Assembly (NCBI GenBank): GCA_020137815.1
Contig: CM035353.1
Coordinates: 5,084,001 to 5,148,000, forward strand
Reading direction: 5' to 3'
DNA from: Hormiphora californensis
Lineage: Eukaryota; Animalia; Ctenophora
DNA length: 64,000 nt
Numbering within the stretch: position 1 is the first letter of the stretch; each line of letters starts with the position of its first letter. The notes beneath the pieces are model-generated. The model did no database searches, was not told the DNA's origin, and worked only from the letters and a program-made list of their open reading frames with translations. This document shows positions 13,201-25,319 of the stretch, piece after piece. The position numbers and the translations under genes were made by a program.

Positions 13201-16200
13201 GATCTTGTTAACACACGTGCTAAAATGATCATCCGGGTAAATGCCCTCCATTCACCCAGGCAGGGAAAACATTTACAATACACAATAATAATAATAACAC
13301 ATCATGTATGGGGTTGTACTAAACTTTAGAGAACTCTGGGGAATGTATGAGGCAGTCTGAAGAGAAACTTCTAAAAGTTAGCTATTACAAATTAAAAACA
13401 ACGGAAGTTTTTAAGGTCTATACACATGTTTCATGATGCCCCACGAGGATGCACCAATCATCAGTAGACAAAGATCAAAATGAGAATGAATTGGGATAAA
13501 GTATGACTCCTTCATAACTACTAAAAGTTAGCTATTATTAAGATCTACCTTTGATCCAGGTCGAGTAACTGCAGAATACTCGGTAACAATGTGATCCCGA
13601 ACCTCAGGGAAGGACTCTGTGCCAAAGGAAACGGTGCCCAGATGCAACTTTTTAAACACCTAGAAAACAGAGAGAATTATTCTGAGGTTCTGCTATCTCA
13701 TGATCGGGTTTTACTGACTAGAGTAAACACACACACACACGCATTGAGCAAGCTCAATGTTTAGCTATTTACCGGCTGGGTATAGGGCTGAGGTACTGGC
13801 AAGATATAGTAGGATCGCTATTGCCCACATGTCAGCCCTATACCCAGCCGGGTTTTACTGACTACATTAGGTAGAAACAGCCAACAATTTCTTCCCCCGA
13901 AGACAAAATAAATCGCGGTAAAGTAAATCGAGCGGTCCGACTAACCATTTCATTCTGGGTAAGGGTGCCTGTTTTATCGGACAATAAGAAGGAAATTCGG
14001 CCCAGTTCCTCCGGAATTGTGGTATTCCTCACCACTGTTTCAGGGATCTTATCATCCTTGTGTATACAGATACTGTACCATATCTTTGAGAGGTCCAGGT
14101 TTACCCGTAGACTGAAAGTTAGATAGTTAGAAGCAGACAATGATTGCTATCCTGCAGCGCCCAAAGATACGATAGGGTTTCACTTTTTATGTTCTAACTC
14201 TTCTATACAAATTTGTAAATTTTGCGCAGGAAACAGGGTCGAGCAAGGCAAGCTTTCACCGTGTTACAACTTACTAAAATCCGACTTGAAAACCATATTA
14301 TTCAACATACATACATCCTACTACCCCCCCCCCCACCCACCCCACCATATCCAACACACATAATATAATATCCTTCGTTACCCCCCCCCACCCCACATGC
14401 ATATCCAACATACATACTTGATGGGGATGATGTACGAGAAGAGGACGATAAAGCGGATAAAGTATTTGTACCACTGTGATGAGAGACCCTTTAGAATGAC
14501 CAACGAGGTGGACAGGGCAACAGTCAACACGAACAGCAACTGAAAATAAGGGTTTATTTGAAGCACCAGTTAGAAACTTTAGTGTAGCCTGTAGGTTCAG
14601 GACAAAAATAACCAAAATTCACGGTGATTATTTTCTATCTACCCATCTGTTCATTACCTTAGTCAAGTTATTTATTTCTGCATCAGTATGCCCCACTTTC
14701 GAGGGGGCATCGTTTGTGTTCATGCTACTTCTCGTTTCACTTCCAGTGTAGATTACACCGCCCAATGCTGTCCCATTTGCTACCACTGTGTTGGCCCACA
14801 TCGTGTTTTCTATAAGGGTTGTATTATATCAGTTCTTAGTTTTAGTTGAAGGGAAACATACATCATGTAGTACTGCCGAAAAATATCTTAAGATTTATTC
14901 TGGGCGGAAGATAGGTCTGGGGATCCGAAATCCGCCCTTCTAGTGGAGTGTCATAATAATGGAGTGTTATCAGGTAATGATAGCTGTGCAAATTCTCACC
15001 AATGTTCAATCCTTCCTCAGTTGAAATTGGAAGGGCTGTGTAAAAGTTTCCGATGAAGTTATGAATATCCTTTTGGGGCTTTTCCGCGTATACAGACGGT
15101 CCACATCGCAGCAATTCTTCATCCACCTGGACAGTGGACACGATTCAAATGTGATAAAATGAATTCATAAATTCACAAGAATGGTCTTGGTGAGAATGCT
15201 CGAGAGATAGATAGTTGGTGATCTGGACAGGTTCTGACATTACTGATCTGCTATATTTCTAGGATAAGTCATGTCTCCTAAATTATGTTTACATACCGTA
15301 AGTTTTTGTGTGGAAGAGACTGCTAATCTCAACTTCCAATCAGTTTCCCCATCAAGTTGATCAGTTCGAATAAAGCAAGATCCAGTCTTCTCAGTTGTCC
15401 GAAGAAGGATCACATCAGCAGGGACCCTCTGGTCCTTCTCTATGTAGATCATATCACCGACACGAATCTTATCCGCTGTAATGGAGACTACCCCGTTGGC
15501 AGTGAGCTTTTTGTAACGTCCACTATTCACCTCATTGTCCCTCCAGCGACGCTGAAATATAGTAAGAATTACAGTAATTTACTGAACTGACCAGTGCTCT
15601 CTTAGAGTGGGAGAATTACAGTAATTTACTGAACTGACCAGTGACCATTGCTGAAATATAGTGCTCTCTTAGAGTGGGAGTATTATAGTAATTTAGTGAA
15701 CTGAACTCACTCTTATAATACCCGCACTAAAGAGTAAAGGGATATCTTTCTTTTGAGTTTTCAAAGAGGGTTTGCAGCTGCAAACCCTCTTCTCCTACCG
15801 CGGATGGTGCCCCAGTCCTCTCAGACTGGTCCAACAAAACTTTTGAGTTTTCAAATTGAGCATTTAAAAACATATTAACACAGAACCTAGACATCGAAAC
15901 TTGACTACGAAAAAATGAGGAAGTTTAGTTTTCTCCTTCCGGCTGGACAAAATGAGTTAACTAATACCTTGAGATCATCGTAGGCCTCCCTACACATGGT
16001 GATGAAGATAACGAACCCAAGGGGAGCCCAGGAAGTGTACACATAGGTGACACGTAGAGAGGGGATCAGCTGGGTAATGGCAACCACCAGAAAGTATAGG
16101 TTGATGAACACCTAGCAAATAGAGGGAGATTTAGTAGACGGAGCTGGTGTTCAGGACGATTAGTACATAATTTGAAACACACTCAAGCGACAACCGCCAA

Positions 16201-19200
16201 GATTCTAGTCGGACCCCGATTTACCGGATCCCAATTTATCCGCTAAACCCCTTTCCCCTGATCATCCCGGTAAATCCTGAACCAACCTTGAATTGCTCGT
16301 AGAGGACTTTCGGTACAAAGGTAACGGCATTGTATTTCGTGTTTTTGACCTCATTTTTGGGAAACTTGGAGGATTCTTGTTGACCAAGGTAAACAGTTCG
16401 TTCCTGCAGTTCAACTTTTCGACAACAATTCAGTCCACCGAGACAGGATCCACACCTGAAACAGCACGTCGTCATGGCAACTAGGAACAGAATGCAGCAA
16501 ATCGTCATGGCAACTAGGAACTATGAATAGAATGCAGCACATCGTCATGGCAACTAAAAAATCTTTGGGAAATATAGGTTATGATTGTGGAAAGTGTTTT
16601 AGTGACCAACAGGGGACATAATTCCCTACAAACTTACAGCTTACTGAAGCAATGAGACAGGGCAGCCCACATCATACAGTGTGGTGGAAAGAGAAAGGTA
16701 TAGTGAGAGAAGACAAAAGAATTTGACTTCCCCCATACATGTGAGAGAGAGAGAGAGAGAGGGGGGAGAGAGAAAGAGAGAGAGAGAGAGAGAAGAGCGA
16801 GAGAGGGATAGAGAGAGATTGATAGAAAAAAGAGGGGTAAGTGAGAGAGGAATGTATGGTATTATGTATGCGTACATCTATTGTGCAATATGAACATGAA
16901 CAGTATGAACAGTGTATAACATACCATTGCCCGCAGGACATTTTTTCTCGTTTTCTTATCTCGTACAGTATGTCGTCGTCGTCGCTGAGAATATAGAGCG
17001 AGGTAAAGAATGGGAGAGGGCCAGGATTATCATTTTAGTCAAAGAATGACAAACAAAAGACAAGTGTTTTAACCCGGAGGGTAGGGATTTAAAAAGGTTC
17101 AGGGTAATAATAAGTTAATAAAAGACACACAGTCACACTCGCACACATAAAAGATCTACAAAATATCTTCAATCTTTTTACTCTTTTTCTTCTTCGTCAC
17201 AGCTGGTTGTTCTCCAAACACCTCAGCAGTTTTTGACATCATCTGTTCCACAGTTGCATCCTCCTTCGCCCACTCAACCACCAGCCTCCTTCCATACAAA
17301 TGGGTGCTGTCCCCGGTCGATTCGAAGGCCACCCTTGCCTCAGCCTGGGATGAATACTCAACAAACGCAAAACCTCGGTGTTTTCCCGTACCTGCCAACT
17401 TCTTGGGCAACCGAATATGTTTGACATCTCCAAAGGCGCCAAACAGATTCCGGAGATCATTCTGCGTTGTTTCAAAGGGAACGTTCCTGACCAACAGTTT
17501 CGCAGATTTCTCCTCCATATTCCGATCCTTTTTGATTGTTTCGGGAACCTTGGTAATTTGTTTCTCTGACAGTTTCAACTCAACACCATAGTCCATGAGA
17601 AGTTTTCCGTTGAGTTTTTTAATGGCATCTCTCGCAGACTCCTTCGATTTGTACTCCACGAACCCATACCCTCGCGACAACCACCCAGAGGGAGATTTAG
17701 GGCTTGCCTTCTTGGCTATTGACACATTGCTTACCGCACCACATTTCTCAAAGAATTCCCTCAAATCTTGTTCAGTTGTTGTAAAGTTGAGGTTTTTAAC
17801 AAACAGCGTCGCATGATCCATCTCTTCCAGATCCTCCTCAACCGTCCGGTAGACCTTCTTATCCTCTGGCTTGAACTGTGACTCGAAGGTTTCCTCTGGA
17901 GCCCATTCTAAGTACAGCGGCAGGTTTTTGAACTTGGTGTAGCTCAGTTTTTTGTAGGCCTTGGCGGCGTCACTCTGCTCGACAAACTCGATGATCGCAA
18001 TCGTTCCCGTGGGAGGAAGGACCAATCTACCAATCCCACCGTGCACAGAAAACAGTTCGTTCAATTCTCGGCCCTGAGTCCCAAATGGGATGTTTTTGCA
18101 GATAAGGACATTTTTACTGCGCTTTGATGAAGTGAACGAGTCCAAGTTAACACCCTCTCCAGTAAGAAACTCCTTGACCTCTTGAAGGAGTTGTGTCTCC
18201 CCTAAGGCTAACTGAACCGCTGTATTTTCGTTACCCAATACCTCTCCCTTAGAAACTTGTAACTTTTGGGCAAGGATAATCGGATACCGCATTCTGGTTA
18301 AGGAATAGAGTGTTCCAGGATCGTGCATCGGTTAGAGCTTGCTTCAACTTTTTATCTTTTTTCGATTTGAATGACTCCTCCTCTTCCTCTTCTTCCTCTG
18401 TCTTGTTACTGGGAATTATGTGAATTAGTCGTCCCTTGAACGGTTTGAAGGTGAGTGTGTTGGTCGCGGAGATGGCAGTGCTCGGGGAAAAGATAAGTCA
18501 CATAGGCAATTCCCTTGGTTTTATTGTGCTTAGTTCGGGGCAGGTCGAGTGAGGAAATGGGACCAAGTTTCTCAAAGTGATCCTTTAGCTCCTTCATCGG
18601 TGCAATCATAGGGAAGATTTCGGACAAACAATCGGCCCGATTCAGCCGCTGTCGATCCACCTCCTTCATGGCTGTAAATCACGGTTGAAGCAAAAGTTTT
18701 TCCGGTTATTCTGCGGGACACCTTCTTTTTCTGCCTTCGTTCCGGTATCCCTAAAGACCTCAACGTACCTCGTCCCCATGTACTTTTTATCAAACTTTAG
18801 GGCCTTCCGAAGGTCTGATTCCGACTTGAAGTCAACGAAGCACTTCCCCGATGGTCGGCCCTTTTTGTCCAGTGTTAACCGTACTGTCCGGTATGATAAG
18901 GGGTGGAAAAACTTTTTGACATCACCTTCACTTGCTGTGAAAGGGATTCCTTTTAACACTGCTGTAAACCGACTTTCCGGGATGTTCTCATCTGCAACGG
19001 GCTGTGCCACCTCCTTTGAGATTTTCTTCTTTTTTGTTGAACTTTTGATAACTTTGTCCTCTGTCACAACCTGGTCGTATTCATCATCATCACTAGAATC
19101 GTCCCCCTCCTTCGCATCTGCCCCATCTTGTTTCACCTTCTTGGTAATGGTAGTTTCATCATTTCCCCAGATGGATCGTTTTTTACTGTGAACATCTAAA

Positions 19201-20008
19201 AACTCCTCCAACTTTTCATCCTCTTCATCCTCTTCAACTTCTTTCATCTTTTTCCTTTTCTTCTTCGCTGTCATATCTGTGTCCTTGTGTGCACTGCTCC
19301 CCTCCGAATATTTACTCCAAGGTCGGGCAATGCCATCATCCCCAAACGGGAGCGCAACATCCACAATAATCCGGGAGGAGTCAATGAAGGTCTTGTTGAA
19401 GTACTTCACCGCCACCTGGCTCTGTTCCTCATTCTCAAAACCAATGAAGGCAAACTTCCTAAATACCCCCTCCTTGGTGAGCATCAGTTTGACATCGGTG
19501 ACGGTGGATCCCTGGGCGGAGAAGTGAGCTGAGAGGCGATCCTGGGTGATGTTTTTAGGGAGATTCTTGACAATCACACGTGATGACATGGTGTGCTAAC
19601 TAGAATGGGAAGAGAGAGTGGTTAGTATCATATCGAAATCACATAGTCCCTAGTGGGCTCCCAACACACCCACACACTGCTATTAATAGGAAAAAAATCA
19701 TCAAAACCGGTCTCATATATCATATATCGTAACCAGGTCTATGCTAACCAGGTCTATGATATATAAGCTTGGTGTAAAATTAGCACGGCATTTACCTATC
19801 AGTAAGAGATGTCTTGAGACGGGCGTATTTCCCCCGTTTAGCCGTGGTTCCTCTGAATGAAATGCGGTTAGTTCATTGAATCAAGCAAGTAATGGATACT
19901 ATGTACTTATGTAATACATCTAACAAAGAGCAATTAATCAGTCGATACTTACCGATTATTTAGTGATCGTAGTTCCAAAGGTTCAACACCATTTATCCCG
20001 TCGACCAT
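4234..20008 (-). CDS. ATP9: P4-type phospholipid flippase class II (ATP9A/ATP9B/NEO1-like), multi-exon, 3' part outside the window
   Basis: Phase-consistent GT-AG exons traced by hand: 20008-19953, 19852-19796, 16455-16287, 16111-15968, 15551-15297, 15126-15000, 14809-14658, 14539-14418, 14111-13946, 13659-13549, 7878-7752, 6053-5939, 4536-4432, 4298-4234. Motifs: [44 protein letters not shown] (phosphorylation site), [43 protein letters not shown]. Exons 1-2 are supported only by splice signals and phase, so are less certain. Confidence 0.93.
4654..5967. repeat. 40-bp tandem array (about 33 units) made of the ATP9 exon-12 3' end plus its 5' splice site
   Basis: Unit TAACTTACCTGTCTCTGTAGACGAGGGCAAGTCCCACCAA. 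Its reverse complement is ttGGTGGGACTTGCCCTCGTCTACAGAGACAG|gtaagtta, which is the VGLALVYRD exon end plus the donor. Confidence 0.97.
6193..6890. mobile_element. Probable non-autonomous DNA element with repeated AACTTATAACAC/GTGTTATAAG inverted motifs
   Basis: Inverted TTATAACAC..GTGTTATAA motifs at both ends, a GAGACCGAAGGTCGAG hairpin-like motif, and short tandem repeats at 6808-6870. Confidence 0.4.
9687..12077 (-). CDS. Intronless class-A GPCR with LDLa repeats (GRL101/LGR-C-like 7TM, no recognisable LRRs), 796 aa
   Basis: Signal peptide, several LDLa motifs ([47 protein letters not shown]), seven hydrophobic segments ([28 protein letters not shown]) and a long loop after TM4. It sits in ATP9 intron 10 (7879-13548). 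Confidence 0.9.
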   Translation of the reverse strand: MLKGVLLVSLVHLGAASLYRIIAVRTIPLGGNFFEYEKNKCSDGVARQLRYRPGKELNYTWNFANFTRATPFGGHFIECRGNFDLIQFIGKTPELDQREPPEYMLPTLLQFIQSQSTIDLTCVIGDETLGDEAEFKCNGNSACLTDECQCDGKPVFYCPGRLGGCIPFSQVCDGVANCEGGTDECMCSGTVKVQCLPDKSYTACILETELCSDQYLPEKLSLLSCEGYSSVDCRTIDTISNTLRIILDDYKIFDALGLYTALENSRTAKACEEVIRLEIQGINNASFENTGWLKDLCKRISATLAGVGIELIFACDLGYDQGSNNYLRDLGHVCDGIIDCYNGHDELYCPERFYCSGLEADHDQVSWIGEEKVCDGVKDCVNGMDECAGCPTGPLSSGKFLIRSNVLSFFALTGGLAIVLLNTKIGFETIQTTPDNKTGKIDRILRMQVAFYDLLMGLYLLVLILFATGLRSIDDYCQMDEKWRSSLSCTTLGCIFSFSSHGSFLLITMMSAIRFMTCLDLVKDISIRAIWVISLVLGVLNLVHAILPALPLSAIQKVFRTDILLLAGQENPFISHYDEEHLRKMHSLAYNTFEDDRTVSSAVTGGDSLGIDSVLTDLRNLTSKPSIFDYLSIGYYGNSPICVANIFKNQPGYLYYKIAYCVIVGVLLSALTVSYASILVTSIRSSSKSGSNNNDYVGKLALKLALLIGSQAVAWLSYIMTVLYYSWINPAAPPGVIYEVFSLVVLPSNSLLNPIFYSSIYRSMCEWALKIWKRSKSITETTTSEEQSNDVETRMQ
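12413..12883. mobile_element. MITE-like element with terminal inverted repeats
   Basis: TATATACCCTGCT at the left end and AGCAGGGTATATA at the right end. Confidence 0.5.
12887..13075. mobile_element. Short palindromic MITE
   Basis: CATAAACTCTGACCAATGGCACGTTATT pairs with AATAACGTGCCAGTGGCCAGAGTTTATG. Confidence 0.55.
17156..19589 (-). CDS. RBM19: RBM19/MRD1 multi-RRM ribosome-biogenesis protein, apparently intronless, with four single-base frameshifts in this sequence
   Basis: N-terminal [14 protein letters not shown] and ARPWSKYS, then [28 protein letters not shown] and a C-terminal [12 protein letters not shown]; six RRMs in total. The frames join if one base is removed at each of about 18668, 18592, 18477 and 18278. 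It sits in ATP9 intron 2 (16456-19795). Confidence 0.92.
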
Positions 20009-20312
20009 ACCATGCTAGGAGCAAAAGGTATTTAGATTACTGTAGCTTAGATTACTGTAGCTTCTAGGGTGAGAGATAATGTAATGTAGAGGGGTCTGGG
20101 AGGGGGGGGGGGTGAGGTAAGGAAGTTGTTACTACAGAGTGATGTGAGATAAGGAAGTGGTCAAATTTATGAATTTTGGAAAACGGGATGTTCTCCTTTC
20201 GATGGCAGGGCAACATGATTTGTGAGGAATATCATGGAATCTTTCTTGGATTTGATGATATGGGGGCGGGGATAAAGACCAAAGATTAAAGAAACTAACA
20301 AGTTTGAAATTA

Positions 20313-20826
20313 TAGTGGGAGACACTAGCGTGGTACGCGCAAAAAAATGTGCGCCACACCAATTTCGTTTTTCAAAAAACACGCAAGAAAAAGCTTTTCA
20401 AGGTCGACTTTTCACGTTTTGGCTCATAACTCCTGTTCCTGATAAGATAAAGACTTCAAACCTTCGCCATTCGATGGGGCTTGAAATTCCCTTTCCAACG
20501 GTATGCAAACGATTTCTGTAGCTCATCAGGAACCGGAGATATGATCAATTATGATATTGCCGAAGGAAACTTACGCGGTTATGATCATAATTGATCATAT
20601 CTCCGGTTCCTGATGAGTTACAGAAATCGTTTGCATACCGTTGGAAAGGGAATTTCAAGCCCCATCGAATGGCGAAGGTTTGAAGTCTTTATCTTATCTG
20701 GAAAAGGAGTTATGAGCCAAAACGTGAAAAGTCGATGTTGAGAAACTTTTTCTTGTGTGTTTTTTGAAAAACGAAATCGGTGTGGCGCGCATTTTTTTGC
20801 GCGTACCACGCTAGTGTCTCCCACTA
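20313..20826. mobile_element. Foldback MITE with inverted arms of about 240 bp
   Basis: TAGTGGGAGACACTAGCGTGGTACGCGC... at the left and its reverse complement at the right. The two ORF-track peptides are near-identical on opposite strands. Related sequence occurs at about 40505-40640. Confidence 0.85.
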
Positions 20827-20972
20827 TTAAGCAAATAATAAAAATGCATATAAAAACAAAATCTTTATCTTGATTTTCTTTTAATAAAATTTGCTGTCCA
20901 AATCGCATCATAATGCATCACTCCCATAACTGGTCGTAACAACTAAAACTAGAACATCATATAAAACTTACA

Positions 20973-22176
20973 TCACTGCGCTGGCAAGCGCAAAGGTGGC
21001 CCCATCCAACCCCCCGAAAAAAATTCCCCCAAAAAACGGCCCGCTTGCTCACAGCGTATATATAGTTATTTCATACTTTTAGCCCATTTTGGCACTTTTT
21101 GACACGCCATAACTCCGGAACCGGATGAGCTAGGAAGCTGAAATTTTGTACTCAGAAGCTTCTTGTAGAAATCTATCGATGGTAAAAATTTCAAGTGGCT
21201 AGCTCATTTTGTTCAAAAGTTATAACACCACCCCCAAAACAGAAAATTCAGTGTGGGGATAACTAGGTTGATACATACATACATAGATAGATAGATAGAT
21301 GTATAGACGCTTTATTACCTTCCGTTTGGTCCCAGTTTGAGACGAACCAGACATCGTACGACCTTAAACCAAGCGGCATTCGACAGATAATTGTCTCGTG
21401 CATGTACCCATTTGGGTGGCGACTCTCAATCTTACCTATGACGCGCGCAATGACGTCACGAGTGACGTCATTGCACGAGATCGACTAACTTTTTTCAAAC
21501 GCCTCTGGCACCCTGAAGACGTGTTCCGATTTCTGATTTGACGAATATCGTTACCGGCAAATTGTCTGAACTTTCAGTTACTATATTGCGAATTTTCGTA
21601 GCTCATCATTTTGAGCCCTTAAATCGCGTCGGAAGTCAAAAATTTGACGAAAAATTCAGTAAAATGAACGTTTTTCGAGCAAAAACTCCCTTTCCTGACC
21701 ACTGTGGTCAATGATACTTTACGAGCTCCTTCAGGGTATTCATTCAAAAAATATTGTGATGCAATTACGTCGTTACGACGTCACTAATTACGTCAGATGA
21801 CGTCATAATGACGTCAAAATTACGATTTTCACAGAAATTCGTCTCGTTTCTCATATAACACATCATTTTGACAATTTTACATCATGAAATAATGTCATAC
21901 TGACATTAGAAACCAAAAAGGGACCTAAATTAAGCCAAAAACTAATTGGAATTAGTTGGCGGGAAAGGTGGCCCACTTACACCTTTGCCTGATGCCGGTT
22001 TTTATTTTAAAATGTATCAGGGATATAAGAGGTGAGTGAAATAGAGAAAGGGTGAGAGAGAGATTGAGATACCAACGTGACGTGAAGAGAATGACAGTTC
22101 GTGGTACCCGGTAGCAGCAAAAGGTGTAAGTGGGCCACCTTTCCCGCCAACTAATTCCAATTAGTTTTTGGCTTAA
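20973..22176 (-). mobile_element. Helentron/DINE-1-like non-autonomous element, copy 2
   Basis: Hairpin TGCGCTGGCAAGCGCA plus AAAGGTGGCCC sub-TIR at 20977-21002, (TACA)n/(TAGA)n at about 21270-21300, and a roughly 60-bp inverted repeat containing GGGCCACCTTT at 21930-22176. Confidence 0.7.
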
Positions 22177-22414
22177 TAATATATACACATAAAAGTTAGT
22201 TGAGTTATTGTAAACGAAGCAAAACAAGCTCGACTTCTACCATGCACTTCAAAAAGATGGGTTGAGTTGTTCTAATAATAATATTCCGCGCTTGTATACC
22301 GCCCATACCCGACGGAAACATGTCAAAGTATTGGCGATGCTCCGACGAGTCATCAGAGCGGTATATCCTCGATTCTAGATTCTAGATAAAGGTGGGTTGA
22401 GTTGTTCTAGATAA

Positions 22415-23171
22415 CTAAAAATGTAAATTTCCAGGTGGCTGCTGCATAACAACCTCATAGGAGGGTGGTGCGTCACCCACTTGATTAGGTACCTCCCGGG
22501 GTGCTGCAGAATGCTCCATACTGTGGGGACCACCCTGGAACGGGGCAGTAGGGCTGACAGATGCAGAAGGATGAGAAGGTGGACCCCGGATGGGTGCTGT
22601 GGGGTTGAGAGATGCAGCCTGGAGGGTAGGACACTGTGGGGTAGAAATGAGTTGCCTGATCAGAAGATGCTGGAGGATAAGCTGGTATGTATGGTGCTGG
22701 AGGATAAGATGGTATGGATGGTGCTGGAGGATAAGATGGTATCGGTGGTGCTGGATTATTCTGAGTTAAAACATAATGATCTCTGGAACGGTATCGTTGG
22801 ATACAACAAGCAAAACCAAAAATAAAGATCAAAACAGCACCTGCGATAACAGTAACGATAGACATAATTTTGGTGACAGACGAAGGAGGCTCATCAGTGG
22901 TACTGGTACTCTCAGTGGGGTCGGGACTATAAGAACATTTTGCCTGACCGGTAACCTCGTCGTAAACACACCCCCCATCAGCTTTATTGCTACAATAGGT
23001 TAACTCCACAAAGACGCAGTCGCAATAACCGTCCGTTTTATCATCACAGTCAAAATACTTATATTCATTACCAACCCATGCTTCGCATTTTGTAGGTTTG
23101 CAATAATAATGGAGTACGACTCCATTGATGAGCGATCCCCAGACCAACAAGTGTATAAATGACGGTTTCAT
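22415..23171 (-). CDS. Single-pass membrane protein with Cys-rich ectodomain and Pro-rich tail (PTAP, PPSY); paralog 1, one +1 frameshift
   Basis: ATG at 23171 follows an AG acceptor; signal peptide, Cys-rich domain and TM (IVTVIAGAVLIFIFGFACC). Removing one base near 22619 gives NPTAP..SPTAP..DAPPSYEVVMQQPPGNLHF* ending at 22415. Confidence 0.75.
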
Positions 23172-23510
23172 CCTATAATACAAGGGAATTAATGTTTTAT
23201 TATTTAGAAATTCTTATTATGTAGTTAGAAAACCAATAAAGCGAATTGAAGTTGTAAAAACAAATAAAACGCCCAAAAAAGGGTAGTGAAATAATTTCAG
23301 ACGATAATTAGGCCCCAAAGAATATCCTGACCGAGTTTAATCAAAATCAATGCATTTTTCTTGAAAGGAAGAAATGAATGCAACGGTTTGAAGAAAAAAC
23401 TCTGTAAGATAATCAAACGGCAAAAATATATAATGGTGTTTTGGGCGTTTAATGTACATTCATGCCAAATAAATAATAAAAAATAGGGATAGAAAAATAA
23501 TAACTCGGTA

Positions 23511-23650
23511 CAGCCGGACCCCGATTTACCGGAACGCCAATTTACGGGGAGGATGAATTTCCCCCAATGTAGTGAGTTAACAGTATTTACTCCCGAGCCC
23601 CGATATACCGGGCAAAACTCCGAACATCACGGTAAATCGGGGTCCGACTG
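23511..23650. mobile_element. Tc1/mariner(pogo)-type MITE with TA target duplication
   Basis: TA|CAGCCGGACCCCGATTTACCG...CGGTAAATCGGGGTCCGACTG|TA. Family fragments also occur at about 8272, 13910-13940, 16206 and 55370-55410. Confidence 0.8.
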
Positions 23651-23821
23651 TAGTACACCCGTAGACAGAGATATATATAAGCTAATCAATTATAAAAGCT
23701 TTGTTTCTAAAATAGAAAAGAATAAATACACATTTCACAGTCCTTCGTGGGGCATCTCTATGTCCTATTATTCTAGTGTGTACTTATAATTATCTAGTAA
23801 TAGTGTGTAGCTACTTATTAT

Positions 23822-24676
23822 CTAGTAATGTTTCATAACATCATCGTATGAGGGGGGTGGTGGTTCACTACCATGGTTACCACTCTCATTGTTACCATGG
23901 TTACCATGGTTAACACTCTCATTCTTACCATGGTTACCACTCTCATTGTTACCCCCGTCCTGACAGAGAAACTCTAAATCACTGGATCCAGTTGGGTGGG
24001 AGGAAACTTCCTGGAAAGATGGGGGAGGGTGGGAAGATATATCCTGGGAAGATGATGCAGGATAGGATGACCCTGTCGTGGGTGGTGGGAGATTATTCTG
24101 CTGACCACAAGGAGCCCTATCATTCATTTCAACGTCACCAAAAGTGTATGTTGCAACATATCCATTGTTAGAATTATCACTGTTCCGAGCATTAATATAG
24201 CATAAACACACTGTTAAAAATGCACAGCCACCACCTGCACAAATGATAATGATAAGCGTTGGCTTCGGCTTATTTTCCTTGTCCATTGGGGTAGTGTAGA
24301 ATCCACAACTGTAACAATTTTCATCAGTATCGTATCCAGCAGCCTCCGTTGGATCAACAGTGGTAGGATCAACATTGGTTGAAGGGTGACACCTTGCTAC
24401 ACCCGTAACAATATCAACAATACAATCCCCTTTATTACCCTCGCTGCAGTAAACATACTTTTTTTTAAAGGGGTTATAATCAGAGGGGTAATAATCAGAG
24501 GGGTGATAATCAGAGGGAATGCACATGAAGTACTCGTCAGTTGAGTCTATGTTGCAAAAGTTATACTCGTTGTCACAATCTGTGTAGCCAGGAAACGTCG
24601 GACATTTTTGATCATAGCAATAATGGGATGAGACGACTCCATTGATGAGTAATGCCCAGAGCAGAACGTGTAACAT
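23822..24676 (-). CDS. Single-pass membrane protein with Cys-rich ectodomain and PPPSY tail; paralog 2, 284 aa, intact
   Basis: MLHVLLWALLINGVVS signal peptide shared with paralogs 1 and 3, TM LIIIICAGGGCAFLTVCLCY and C-terminal PPPPSYDDVM. The ATG is 1 nt after ttttgcag. Confidence 0.8.
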   Translation of the reverse strand: MLHVLLWALLINGVVSSHYCYDQKCPTFPGYTDCDNEYNFCNIDSTDEYFMCIPSDYHPSDYYPSDYNPFKKKYVYCSEGNKGDCIVDIVTGVARCHPSTNVDPTTVDPTEAAGYDTDENCYSCGFYTTPMDKENKPKPTLIIIICAGGGCAFLTVCLCYINARNSDNSNNGYVATYTFGDVEMNDRAPCGQQNNLPPPTTGSSYPASSSQDISSHPPPSFQEVSSHPTGSSDLEFLCQDGGNNESGNHGKNESVNHGNHGNNESGNHGSEPPPPSYDDVMKHY

Positions 24677-25067
24677 CCTGCAAAAAGGAAGGAGTGCTTT
24701 ATTAACAGTATCACGCCCACGTGATTGATATTGAAGTTGTGCTTGATCAGTAGGGGGGGGACTAAAATGGGCAGGAGAATTCAAAAACATCAAAAACCTA
24801 TCACACTGGGACATGATCGAAATTTCAATTTGATTTTGTTCAATTCGGTGGTTTTTAATGGTTTGGTTCGATTCGGTGAAAAACAAATAAAAAAAACAAA
24901 ATCATTTTTGCAGAAAGATTCGAGTTTCGAAATTTTTAGGAAATTCATTTTTTCCGTGAAAATCCATGGAGAGCACTAATCAAAGTGTTGAGAATCATTC
25001 TAAGAGATTTTTTGAAAAATGTTTTTGGATTTTTTGAAGCGAACTAAAATGGCTAGAAAACTTCAAC

Positions 25068-25319
<252 letters not shown>

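Noticed and set aside
16465-16560. Triplicated CGTCATGGCAACTA motif as an alternative ATP9 start or acceptor
   Set aside because: The ctag acceptor in these repeats is phase-incompatible with exon 2; the ttcag acceptor at 16456 fits.
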